From positions 35,989,176 to 36,053,175 of the forward strand of contig JARFYF010000001.1 in the NCBI GenBank assembly GCA_030265395.1: DNA of 64,000 bases. Direction: 5' to 3'. Positions 1-12,569 of this stretch are shown piece by piece. Positions within the stretch are counted from its first letter, which is position 1. Each line of letters begins with the position of its first letter. The stretch comes from Rhina ancylostomus. Taxonomy: Eukaryota. A program made the translations under genes and the position numbers. A model generated the notes under the pieces. It did not search any database, had not been told where the DNA came from, and saw only the letters and a program-made list of their open reading frames with translations.

Positions 1-778
1 GGGGGGGGGGGGCCCGGGGCCTATAAGACAATCCCATCAGGGTGACCCTCCCCTTCTTGTTTCTAAGTTCTGCCCATATGGACTCGCTGGATGAACTCCC
101 AAGAATATCCTCTCTAATGACCTTTGTTACGTTCTGTCACCAAGAAGGCAACTCCTCCTCTTCTCTTACCTGCACCCGTTACACCTGTATTCTGGAATAA
201 ATAAACTCAGAAACAAATACTAGAAGAAAGCCTATAGTAGTAGAATTCAATGTTAAATCACAAAGGATAAAGAAACAAAAAGATAGACTAGATTGAAAGA
301 GGAGGAATCAAAGTTTTTATCAAAGATGTTAAAACCTCTAATTGTTGAAAATAAGGCTCCACATATGTTCATGTTCAGTACAAGAGGAATTGATTGGCAG
401 TAGCAATTGTCACATAATAAATGTTAATAAATGTGGTCAAATAATGAGACTGAAATTTGTATAAAATGTGTGCATCATCATTCAAATACAACAAATTTAA
501 GATATTTAAAGGAAGTCAATGATAAGGGAATGAGCAAAAACTTTGTGAAGTTACCATAGATGCAAATGAGACAAATAGTTGAGATATTAGCATTTAATCA
601 AATGTTTGCTCTTAGTCTGTGCTTGTCATACTACTTAAGTACAAATAAACATTAGCCTTTATTATTTTGACTCTAAAATCTGACCCAATTATAAATATGA
701 ACTTGTAACACTGAGTAAACAAGAATGCAATGGGAATAAACTATTTATAATGCTTGTTATTTGGAATTTTTGACTTAC

Positions 779-1437
779 CTGCTGTGGTCCTCTTATCTCT
801 GATGATGGACGCTTAAGATGAGACTCCTCAANNNNNNNNNNNNNNNNNNNNNNNNNNNNNNNNNNNNNNNNNNNNNNNNNNNNNNNNNNNNNNNNNNNNN
901 NNNNNNNNNNNNNNNNNNNNNNNNNNNNNNNCTCCTCAACATTTATGAAAGAGCTTGAAGGTTTATGAACTGAAGGGCTTGAAGGACTTCTAAATGGGGT
1001 TCTGTCAACTGTGGAAATATTAATGTTTGCACATTTCCCTTGTTCGCCACAGAAAAGGTTGGGAGATGCTTCATTACTTGGTCCCACATTACAAATTTCA
1101 AATGAAGTCCATTCTTGTTTATTGCATTTTTTATTCAAGTCCTGGATATTATCATTCAACAGCACCTCTTCAACTTTACAAGTAGGGACTTCAATAGGAA
1201 GTTTTAGTCTTGGTTTTTCTGGTGCACTGTTTAGGAAATCATAATCATTATCTGAAGGTGGAAATTTGATATCTAAATCAGACAATGACTCAACAACATG
1301 AAGTTGCTCCTGTTGAACTCTGTGCCCTTGTGATGCAACAAAGTCCTTTGATAGACTTCCCTCCTTCACAGTAGCTTTTGCTGTATGTTCTTGCTCTCCT
1401 TCATCTGTGCACTGTATAGGCATTGAGAAAGGCATAT
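779..1437 (-). CDS. TANK: TANK exon 8 with TRAF-binding motif; contains a 100-N gap (832-931)
   Basis: ttttag|(N)MPFSMPIQCTD...VESLSDLDIKFPPSDNDYDFLNSAPEKP...IRGPQQ|gtaagt. PIQCTD (PxQxT, 1403-1420), ESLS..KFPP.DND and IRGPQQ are TANK hallmarks. Confidence 0.96.
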
Positions 1438-2109
1438 CTAAAATTGAAAAACCAAGCAAAAACAAGCATGTTAAAATTAGTAATCAGATTAATACAATAA
1501 CAGAATAAACAGAAGCAGAACTAGGCCACCCAGTCTCTTGTGCCTACTAAGCCACTCACTCTGATCATGGCTGATCTTTTATCTCAACACCACGAGTGCT
1601 ATATCCCTTGATTTTCATAATATTTAGAAATTAATGTGGAAACATTTGCAAGAATGCAACCCTTGTCAAAAAGGACAATGTTCAAATCATTTTTATTGTC
1701 ATAACCACTCTGAAATTTTCACAACTCCCACCCATCATTTATCATAAATATAGGGAGTATATTTGGTCCCATCATCTTCATCACTAAGAAAATATCTGCA
1801 TTGAGTTCCTTTAGCTACATCAAAACAGTTGATCATTACAAGCTGTGGTAGTGGGAAGATGTGCTTGTGTAAATGCGGAGTCATTAAGTTTGTTCCCAAA
1901 GAATTACTATTTCCAAAAATTTGTAGGAATAAAATAGCTTTCACTCTACCTTTTTCCCCCAAATTGAATTGATGTTCCAGCACACCAACAGCTGGAAAGG
2001 ATAACAACTGATACCTTCCAATGATAGCTGATAATAAGCAAACATGAGCATCTGAATGAGCAGTAGGTTGTTTTTGCCCTCAAGCCTCCTCTGATATTCA
2101 ATAAGACTT

Positions 2110-3560
2110 TGGCCAATTTGCATATAATATCAGCACCACGTTCCCAGCTACCCACAGTAACCTTTCACCCACTTATCAAGAATCCATCTACTTCTGCCTT
2201 AAAAATATTCAAAGGCTCTGCTTCAATCAAGCCCATTCATCTTTCTGAACATAAATGGAACAAGTCTAGTTTCTTCAGCATTTGTTTGTAAGATAACTTG
2301 CTCATTCCAAGTATCAGTCCAGTAAACTTCTTAGACTGCTTCTAATACATCCTTGTCTAGCAATACTGTAGACACTACTCTGGATTTCATCCCACTCATG
2401 CCATGTATAACAGAAGTAAAATCTTTGTACTTCATATTCAGTTCCCCTAGAGCAATAAATGACAATATTCTGTTAGCTTTCCTAATTACTTGCTTTACTT
2501 ACACAGTGGCCTCTTCCACATTATGCACAAGGACACACAAATCCCTCTGCATATCAGAGCTCTGCAAACTCTCATCTTTTCTATAATACGCTTTTTCATT
2601 TCTTTCTGTCAAAATGGACAACTTCACATTTTCTTTGCCTACTTAGTTAACCTATTTTTTGTAGCCCCCTCATGTCCTCTTAATATGCCTTCCGACATAT
2701 TTTGTGTCATCAGCAAATTTAGCAGCCATGCCTTTGGTGCCTTCATCCAAGTCATCTATATAAATTGTACAATGTTGAAGCTCCAGTACTGATCCCTGTA
2801 ATATACCATTCACTTCATCTTGCCAGAAAAACATACTGATGCCTACTCCATTTCCAGTTAGCCAGTCAATTTTCTAATATGCTACATTCTACACGATGAG
2901 CTTTTATTTTCTGCAATAACTTTTGCTGTTCTTAATTAGGTTGCACTTAACCAGGTGCCTTCTAGAAGGCCAAGTAGAGTCCATTCATGGGTTCCCTTCA
3001 TTCACTGCACGTTCCATCTTTTAAGAACCCCATTCATTGGTCAAACATGATTTCCCTTCAAACAAAACAATGGTGACTTGGCCTGAGTTTTTCTTAGAGC
3101 CCTACTATAAGGTCTTTAATCATAGGTTTTTGCAATTTCCCTATTACAGATGTTATACCAACTAGCCAAAGAAGTTGCGAAGCTATTTTCAATCTAATGA
3201 AATTTTACTTAAATCTATCTAAATTTACTTAAATTTACTTAAAACTGGAAAAGTAAAATCAATGTGATCACTATCTCACCAGTCACTACTTTTAACTCAC
3301 CAGGATGAAATCCTTCAGGGCTGAGAGACAGGTCAGCCCTCAGCACCAACAATTTGCTGAGTAATTTACTCGAGTTCCTTCCTCCCTTCCAATTCTAAAT
3401 TCACATATTTTTCCCCCAGGGATTTTACCTGGAACATCTTAAGGGAAGACTGATATATATGTCTGTTTAATCCATCTTCCATTTCATTGCTTTCTATTAT
3501 TAATTCCCCAAACTCTCTTTCTGTTACATACTTAGGGAATTTTGCTAACTTTCTCATAAA
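2110..3560 (-). mobile_element. Decayed CR1 LINE fragment
   Basis: Minus-strand RT remnants (aaatttgctgatgacacaaa = KFADDT, EHL..HQL-type segments) and a CR1 tail near 2110-2230. Confidence 0.75.
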
Positions 3561-4343
3561 AGTCCAAAGAAACTCGTAATGTTTTGAAATTTCTGATAAG
3601 CTTTATCGTGTACTCTGTTTATTCCTTTATTAATAGTTTAGTCCTTCTTTACTGCAAGACCAAACAAGAAGTGTGGATTGTTAAGACATATCTACATATT
3701 AAGCTCAAATGTATCGCTTCAGTTTTTGATCATTTATCAAATAACCTTTTCTGAGAGTTTCTTTAATTATTACTGGCACCAAGAAAGATCTTGATGTTTG
3801 GCATTATGAATTGAGAGAGGAAAGATTACCATGGTGGAAGTGAGAAGTCAGGTTTTAGATCCATAAGGACATTTCTAGCAGCACTTTAACATCATGAAAA
3901 TGTCCAAAAGATTAACTTTAACTTGTATTTTTCTCCCTTAAGATTTCATGTATTGGAAATTCAAACCTAGAATGTTAAAGTTTCTAATCATTACACAGAA
4001 GCAGCAGCAGGCTTTCAGGGCTGAGATAAATTAGAAAGATGAAAAGTATTACAGCACAGCAAAATCAATAAACAGTTATCTGAACTGAATTTTCCAACAC
4101 TACCCAGAAAGTCTGCAAAATTTCCCTTTGAAATTAAATTTTTGTCCACTGTTTCTATTAAAACAAAATCACTATGGTTCCAGAAATAGTGTAAAAAAAA
4201 CAAAAAATTAAGGGTGTCAGATAGCAAAAAAAGATTTTGTATGGAGGGTGTTACAATGAAAAATTGCAGGTCTTCAGTTTCACAGAAATGTCATTTGATA
4301 TCCTAAACAATTGATGTACAATGGAAATGTGTACAGTACTCAC

Positions 4344-4459
4344 TTATTACTTCTTTGTTGTAATTATATTTACTGAGAAGTTCTGTTTGTTTTTTGGTCA
4401 AGGCAGACAGGTGCTGAAATTCTTGATAAACTCCCTGAAGAGCAAACTCCATCCTCTCT
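4344..4459 (-). CDS. TANK: TANK exon 7, TBK1/IKKe-binding domain (TBD)
   Basis: ttgcag|(K)ERMEFALQGVYQEFQHLSALTKKQTELLSKYNYNKEVI(N)|gtgagt; 116 nt, phase 2 to 1; pattern EFxxLxxLxKxQxxxLSK of the TANK/NAP1/SINTBAD TBD. Confidence 0.93.
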
Positions 4460-5549
4460 CTGCAATGCAAGAATTTGTACATCAAGAAAATGGCTCAATG
4501 TTAATTTTCATTCATACATCACTCAGTACCACACATACCACGCAACCTTCCTTGGTAGAAATGAGGGAGAGTTTAGGCCTTAGATTGGCCATGACTATAA
4601 TCAATGCTGGTACATGATCAGCTGACAGAAGGTGCGCTTGTAACAGTAGAAAACAGCCAATTTTTCTACATTTCTTGAACCTGTGATCATCTGGTTGGGA
4701 GGCAGGCCACCAGGTGGTGATAAGAATCACATTTTGAATGAATGGCTTCTTACTTTGTGCAGGTATGAATTCTAACACCCCTCAGTATCATTTTCAGTTA
4801 CAGATAAAATGACATTTATTGCAGTGTAACCTTTAATATTTTGGAACTATGTATTAGTTTCATGGGAGAATATCACATTTTGGAACTAATTCCTCAACAC
4901 AGAAGTCGAATGTTTTATAACCAGTTTATACTGCCAAGTTTGTGTCCAATTTAATCTGGCATTTACAAAGATCCAGCACTAGATTGGCACTATAAATCCT
5001 GCTGAATTACTGCTCCAAACTTATACCAGCATGGCAAGATAATCACCCCTTCAGGGGTTGGTAACATGCCAGTAGGAATGCAGAGGTACTTCACTGAAGA
5101 CCCTGGCAGGAATGCAAACTGGCTTTGCTAATCTGGCATACTATGCACTTATCTATGACATATCTATTCTGCATTCAGTGAAGGTTTATTGCCACTGGTT
5201 AATGTCTCAATAAAATGACCTCCTCAAATATACAAAATAAAAAGAAATTCAATTTATTTTTTCTTTGAATCTTCTCCCCTCTTCAATCTGAAGTACAATT
5301 GATAAGGTTTGAATAACTTGCCAAAAGATGTTTTTTTGTTAACCCCTCTGTATGTCAGTGGACTTCTCAAAAGTGGGGGAAATCATAACAAGGCAAATCC
5401 TATTATCACTTTATAATCTAAGATGTAAATTTGTTACAGACAGAGATATGGGGCTAGAATTTAAGATGACTTCTTCCCACTTGAGCCAAGAGTACAGAAG
5501 GCTACCGTAATACAGTAATTCTGTAACATGAATTGAACTGCTCTGAACA

Positions 5550-5754
5550 AGGCACAAGTAACTGCAGATGCTGGAATCTGGAGCAACAAATGAATTGTTG
5601 GAATAACTCAGTGGGTCAAGCAACATTTTGAAGGTAAAGGGATGATCAATGTTTCATGTCAAGACCCTACATCAGGACTAAAATGTTAACCATCCCTTTG
5701 CCTCCACAGATGCTGCTCGACCTGCTGGGTTATTCCAGCAATTTATATTTTGCT
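5550..5754. mobile_element. Penelope-derived fold-back element (older copy)
   Basis: actgcagatgctggaatctggagc...ctcagtgggtcaagcaacat and its inverse cagatgctgctcgacctgctg...ttccagc; degenerate hammerhead at 5645-5680 (minus). Confidence 0.75.
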
Positions 5755-7645
5755 AAGACCATGCATTCTTCTGTTTTGTAAATTAGGTGAGACATTATGC
5801 ACTCATGACAGTTCAATGCTAAAGGTCATTGTAGAGGATATTCATTTTAACTAAACTGTTCATTACATTTTGCTTAATTGTTTAAGAAACAGTCACATAG
5901 AACTGATCATTTCTTGAGAGAATGGGGATTTGCAAAGATGGGAACTGTGGTGGGGAGTGGACAAGGAGAAAATATTTATTGCTCCCAAGCAGAGGAAGAA
6001 CTTAAACTGAGTTCCAAAAGCCAAGCAGATGAAGAAAGTACAAAGCAAGGGGCTTGTTAAAGAAGAAATACTCCAAATGGATGCACTACAAGTCAGAACC
6101 GATTAATTCATTTCTGTCTGGGGATGACTACAAAGAAATGGAAGATACATAGGCCAAGGATATTAAAAAAATTAAGTATTGCAAACAAGAAAAAAAACAA
6201 TTTTCAAGACCCAAAACACTAGTGGGCCTCTGGAAACACAGCACTGGAAATAGAAATACTATAATAAGAAACAGAAAGAAATGCATGACTGTTGACTTTA
6301 TGGGAATTTTAAAAATTCTTATCATTAATAAATGGCTATATATAACTTTCACAGAGTGAAAATGGAAGCCAGAAAGGCTTTGAAAGAACAAATGTGGTAG
6401 GGGATTAATTGAAATTGCAACCTTTCAAGTCGTTCCTTATCTGGGAGATCTTTGCTGATACAAATTTCAGCTAATTAAAATACTTGCCTTGTTTACTTAT
6501 AAAAACTTGATTTTTCCAACTAGATTTAATATACCATTTACAGAAACATGTTATGCCGTATGCAAGGTTCTTAATTATATTTTTTTCAAGTTATTAGAGT
6601 GAAAACAAGAGGCTATGGTTGATTGTGATGTCCCAATCTATAATTGAGCACATTCTTTCTTACAAATATTACAATCATTGGATACTTCACTTCACAACTT
6701 GTAACACAAAGAGGAACATTAAATTTTCAAAATAAATGATATAGAAAGCAGAATGAATTGGCAATCTTCACAAAAACATTACAAAATTGACTAAAATGAT
6801 ACACAAATTAGCAATGAAAGAATCAGCCTAAACTCCTGGGCAAAATGGGTCATGCAGGGATTGAAATAAAATTTATAATGATCCCGGAGAAGCAATTTAC
6901 TGCTTTGTTCATTTCCTTCATCCTTCAGGTCCAAGCCATTTTTAAAAAGGAGTTTTTAAAAAGTTTATTTTATGAAACCAACTCTGAAGCTAAAGAATTG
7001 GTGCTTAAAACTATCTTTGTGCAGTGAGTGAATCCAATAAAATTTTGCAAGGATTTCATAGTTGTTGCAAGCCTAGATCACCCCACTTAAGGGACATGAA
7101 GACAAGGAAATCTTCAGCAGCTGCAGCTTTGAGACACTAACTAAAATTGAAGGGGGAATTAATTTTCTTAACTGTAAAGGCATCACAGTCAGAAACTGAG
7201 CACTGCTGGACCACAATGGCACAGAACCTCAATGAAACAGCTGTGCAGCTCCAACAAAATGCTATTATTCTATTTGGCACTGCAGGGTACTCTTCCTGCA
7301 CAAGAGCAAAATCTCCAAACCCGTCTAGTTCATTTGGCCAGATCATTGCAATTGCTATCATTCACTTGCAGTATNNNNNNNNNNNNNNNNNNNNNNNNNN
7401 NNNNNNNNNNNNNNNNNNNNNNNNNNNNNNNNNNNNNNNNNNNNNNNNNNNNNNNNNNNNNNNNTAAGAAAAATGGAAGCTTCATGGAACCTAGCTCACT
7501 GAATGTTGCTACATTTTATTGTAAAAGGTTTTTATTAGCACTGTGAAAAAGTGCCTTGTTTTCCAACTGCTGTAATCTATTATTTTGTGTTCCAAATCAT
7601 CTTATTTGTAGAAAACAAGTTTAACAAAGAGGGATGAAAACATAC

Positions 7646-7722
7646 TTGTATAAAGCATGATGATCTGTCCCTGCCAAAGGAACATCCTTCTTTAATGATG
7701 ATTCAGTCAACTCCCAGTTCAC
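7646..7722 (-). CDS. TANK: TANK exon 6
   Basis: tttcaag|VNWELTESSLKKDVPLAGTDHHALY(K)|gtatgt; 77 nt, phase 0 to 2, exactly the phase needed to join the next exon. AAG acceptor. Confidence 0.82.
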
Positions 7723-9923
7723 CTTGAAATATAAAGTTTTACTGTGATTAACTAGATTTTACTTTGAAGTATACATATTTAAAAAGAAGCAAACTACTTT
7801 GCTACTGGGATAGTAGATCAGATGCAAAAGGATAAATTTTTTTTTAAATTGCATATATTTCTAAGTTTATGTCAAAAATAATAGCAAATAAAGAGGTTGT
7901 AGCCGCCAATTCCAACTGACTGAGCATGTACATGATCGGTGAGCACCATCTGCTGAAATTGTGTCAGACTACAAGTATTAATCTAACAGAGGATAAATCA
8001 AGTCTTTGTCTTGGGGTACATAAACATTAACAGGATAACACAGACGGAACAAGAAAAGCTCAAATCTATATTCTAAATATTTTTGCATTGCAGATTGTTG
8101 ACACCAACAGATCTTGCATTTTCAACGTACAGTTTATTCAGCAATACAACAACAAGATTAAGATCAATTCTTTCCAAAATCCAGGCCCAAAATGATCAGG
8201 CAGGAAAAACTCATAAATAAGAAACACAAGTGCCCATCGAGCTAAGTTCCATGTATTTCAGATTGGATCACTTGTACTATGCATGAAATCCACAGATTCT
8301 AGTTTTGATTCACTGATTTAACATTCAGAAACAACATCTGGCAACTCTGCATTTTTTATTTCATATATATCTAAGTTAAGTGCACATCCCTCTCATTTAC
8401 TGTGGGTCCAGTTTTTATTTTGTTTAAAGTCTGATTGATCAGAGAATATCAGAATATCACATAATTGGTAAAGCCATTCATATACAATCTGCTAAAACAA
8501 TGAAGGATTCAGCATTTCTTTGCCACAGCCTGGGCCACTTTCTGGATCTTCATCATGTCCTCCCACCATGTGCCAGAAATTTATGTCAAGTAGAGAGAAC
8601 AACTAACACCCACTACAACTATTTCCTGGTATTCCCCTCACTTGAGCATGACCTCCTGTCCCCAGTTTCCTTCCAAATGATCCCAGCATCTATCATTGCT
8701 TTGCAACCCAACAAGACCATTCTTGACCCTATGCCCAAAATTCTATGAGACACTTCCCCCACTGATCCTTCTCAATTCTCCATTGGCATTTTTCCCAGAT
8801 TCATCTCTTCCTTGGGCCTCTTTCACTAGACCAATGATCATCTTGCATTAACCAAGCTTCTCTCTAATCTGCAAATGGTGGTGGGTTGGACAGCAGAACT
8901 GCAAGCTTCTCTGGAGCACCGAGCTCCAGGAATGGACAATGATTGAAGTTCCCAGTTCTTTGGGAATTCATCTCCCAATTTCTTCATTAAAAAAAAGCAA
9001 GATTGATAGATGCCTCCCGAGATGATAATACATATGAAATACATTAAAGTATTTCTGTGGTGGTTTGAGACAATTTTTGACCTTTGTTCAGGCAAAGTAG
9101 CTTACTTTACCAAAAGGAACAACAGTATTTTAATGTTGTCATGGGTTTTTATCCAACTAGATAACAGTAATTAATGTACCCAGGGGGTCTGACCATAGAA
9201 TGCTCTCAGTAGCATAAGAAAGTGCAAGGCAAAAACAAAAAGAATAAAGAACATACACAGAAATAAAAAGTCAGTAAAAGGCATAAAGCAAAAGGGAAAA
9301 ACAAAGCAAAACTGTATGAAGTATATTTCAAGCTGATGGGAGATACTAAAAAGAGACAACAGATTTTATCAAACATGATGTTGCTGGAATCTTATTTTCA
9401 TTTCAATTCTAATTTTATAAAACATTAATACAACTGACAGCATCAACACTTGAAGTGTCAAAGCACTAGAAACAGTCAAAAGTAAACACCAGAAAAATAG
9501 TACAAATTTCCTCAGGAGAATTAACCTGCCATTGTACTCTATTTCAAAATTACCAAAATCAGATTAAAGCATTCTGGAAGAAAACAACATCATGTCATTT
9601 CTTGTTCTTACTGTAACATTCAAGTACAACCACATTATGAAACTAAAACAGAAAATATGTGAAATAAAAACAGATCAGCAACTCTTTAACTAAAAGTGTG
9701 ATGCCTTAAGCAATGAAGCAAGATCTGAATATCAGCATGGTGCAAAAACCCATTTTACAACTTCAGTGGTGTGTCTTGTTTCATTAAGGGAGCATTTCCA
9801 AAAAAAAGCTTTTTAAAAGAAAAAAATCTATACTTTCTTTATGGATATAGGCTCTGTATCATATACAGCCTATTTTAAAAGATCTATGTTGAAATTGTTC
9901 AGTATCTTATTTCTACATCTTAC

Positions 9924-10094
9924 CTCCAAGGTTGGCCTACTGCGGGGTTGTAAGTCGATGCATTCCTTTAATTCTTTTCTGAGCTGCCTCAGTTGATGGT
10001 CTTTATTTTCAATGTCAGTTTTAAGCTCTGTCTGTTTTTGCTGATAATCCTTTATCTGTTCTTTTAACCAGATGTTCGCAGCTACCAACTGTTC
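9924..10094 (-). CDS. TANK: TANK exon 5 (additional coiled-coil exon)
   Basis: tttcag|EQLVAANIWLKEQIKDYQQKQTELKTDIENKDHQLRQLRKELKECIDLQPRSRPTLE|gtaaga; 171 nt, phase 0 to 0, heptad-like E/K/Q/L-rich sequence. Confidence 0.85.
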
Positions 10095-10349
10095 CTGAAA
10101 GTATAAGGAAATAAAAAGCAACAGAAATCAATACATTAAGTAAGACAGCCACTTAGAGATAAAGGCCACCTTGCATATGTTGGAAATCTCCTTGGCACTG
10201 AAACCATTGGTCCTCTATCTTCATTAATTGTTAAGAGCAACAGAGGCAACACTGCAATTACTAGCCATGTTTTTAGTCTGTTTAGCAAATTGCTTGGCCA
10301 CAACTTCCTGCATAAACAAGCTCCAATCATGTGTCAGCAATAGCAAGAT

Positions 10350-10715
10350 ATAGCACCCTAATATCAGTTGAGAAGTTTGTAGGGTCAGGACCCACTCTGC
10401 TCATTTCCTGTGTTCAAGTCTCCAAGTTGCAGTACTAAGGAAGCATTGTTCAAAGAAAAGTGAAGATTTTTGGATGAGATATTAAACAGAGGTGCACACA
10501 GCTCTCCAAGTTGGACACAAATAAATTCAAGCCAAGAGCAGGGGGGTTCTGCCAGATAATATTTAATCAAAATCAATGCCTACTAAATCAGTACAATTAT
10601 TTCCTAGTTGTTTGTGTGACCCTGCTATGGGCAAATTGGTTGTTAAATTTCCTATAGCACAATTATGTCCAGTATTCAAAGGCACTTCAGTAGCGATAAA
10701 GTACTCCAGCAATCA
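10350..10715 (+). mobile_element. Ancient DeuSINE-like (SacSINE1/AmnSINE-type) SINE
   Basis: tgcagtactaaggg...tttggatgagatattaaac.gagg...tgtttgtg.ga.c.tgct.tgggcaaattgg.tg...tttcc resembles the recalled Deu-domain consensus. Confidence 0.6.
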
Positions 10716-10734
10716 TGAATGTCACCATATGAAC

Positions 10735-10870
10735 GGAGACACAGGAGACTGCAGATGCTGGAATCTGGAGCAAAAAAACAATCCGCTGGAAAAACTCAAT
10801 GGGTCAAGCAGCATTTATGGGAGGAAAGGAATAGTTGACATTTCAGGTCAAACCCTGCATCAGGATTCCA
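10735..10870 (-). mobile_element. Penelope-derived terminal-repeat fragment
   Basis: Same family as 5550-5754; minus strand reads CUGAUGC-AGGGUUUGACCU-GAAAUGUC. Confidence 0.75.
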
Positions 10871-11109
10871 AATGCAAGCTTGTTCTTTATTTTTTTTTGT
10901 AAAGATGACAATTATAAACATTGAAAATCTGAAGCATTTAGCTTTTATTGCAAACAATTCAATCTCATGCAAAGAATTACTATACATGAATTTTGTGACA
11001 ATAAAATGTACTCTTACTGGACAAGAAATATTTCATTCTTCACATATCTACATTGTGTTAGATGAGAAGATTTGGCCACATTATTCATGAAAAATTATAA
11101 TTTACAAAT

Positions 11110-12360
11110 AAAAGCAAAATTTGCTGGATGAGCTCAGCGGTCATGTAACATCAGTGAGGAGTGAAACAGAGGAAATGTTTCAAGCCAAGGGCCCTTCAAC
11201 AGGACTGAAAAGTGAAAAAACAACCCAAGCACCTTCAGTTGGAAGGGGAATGGTGCTGAAGAGAACAGAGGGAAAGTCTTTTACAGGGTGAGATTAAAAT
11301 AGTTGGGAAACAGTTATTTTAAAAATTAGCAGTTGGAGACAAAAAAGACAAAACACGGAAAAAGAGAGGTACAGCCACATCTTTGGAATAAGACAGAAAA
11401 AAACTTGGAATAATTATCTGAAAATTTTCAATCCAAACTAAATTCAGACAGCTTCAACATATCCAGGTGCAAGATGAGGGGCTGTTCCACAAACTTACAA
11501 TGGACATCATTGGTGCAACGTAGGATTCCAAAGACTAGAGAAGTTAGAATAAAAGTGGAACCATATGGGGTGTTCTGAAAAATGCATTTGGTTTCTCCAG
11601 TGTAGATAAAACCACACNNNNNNNNNNNNNNNNNNNNNNNNNNNNNNNNNNNNNNNNNNNNNNNNNNNNNNNNNNNNNNNNNNNNNNNNNNNNNNNNNNN
11701 NNNNNNNNNNNNNNNNNNNNNNNNNNNCATCTCCTGCAGTTGCCTGGGAAAGTGCTATGAGAAGGAGAGAGGTTGGTGGAGATGGGTGGACTAGGGAGTC
11801 ATGGAGGTAATGTTCTCTTTGGCATACGAAAAGGGAGGAGGGCAATAGGTATCTGGTGATCAAACCTGTTGGACGTGACAGGTTGGTGGAGTGGAACACA
11901 AGGACAAGGAGAACCCTGCATTCTGGCTGGGAGAGAGAAGGCGAGAGCAGAACTGCAGGAGAAAGTGGGTATATTTATTTGAAAGTCTTGTCATCTATGA
12001 TACAGGAAAAACCACAGTTTAAAAAAAAAGACATTTTTAAGTCTGGAAAGTCTCATCATCAGAACAGAAATGATAGTGATGGAGAAACTATAAGGGAGCA
12101 TGGGAGGTGGTGGTGTCAGTATAGTTGTGGGAGACAGAGGGCTTGTAATGGATGCCAGAAACTAACCAACCTCTGCACCCCTTCCCCCAAGATGCAGTTA
12201 GGCAGTCAAGAAATGAAAGGGAAGAACAAGATTGCCAGCAGAGGTCATGAAATTTGAGTTCTGTACGAGTGCAGGAAGCAGCACCAACAGAGTCTTCACT
12301 GCAGCAGAAAAAGAATTGAGGGAGGAGACCTAAACAGCATTGAAACAAAGACTGCTCTAC
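11110..12360 (-). mobile_element. Decayed Penelope-like element
   Basis: Terminal repeat at 11115-11210; minus-strand YTGETKC, KFVEQPLILHL and RT-thumb-like remnants. Confidence 0.7.
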
Positions 12361-12569
12361 CATCCTTCCCTTCCTCTTCCATTGCCTTTCAGCATCCCAA
12401 AGAGACTGTTTCCTCTATGATTGGTCCATGACACCTTCCCATGCCATTGCGGGAAATCCAAAACCTGCCCTTTTATTCCCTTCCCAACTCAGGTGTTTCA
12501 AAAAAGATGACCTTCTTATAGGCTAGCTAGCTGTAATAGCAAAATTGTTGTTACTCTTAAAGACGTTAT

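Noticed and set aside
1-778. Terminal zinc-finger exon of TANK
   Set aside because: No CxxC...HxxxH coding sequence found; 1-190 looks like a CR1 fragment, so the exon lies outside the window.
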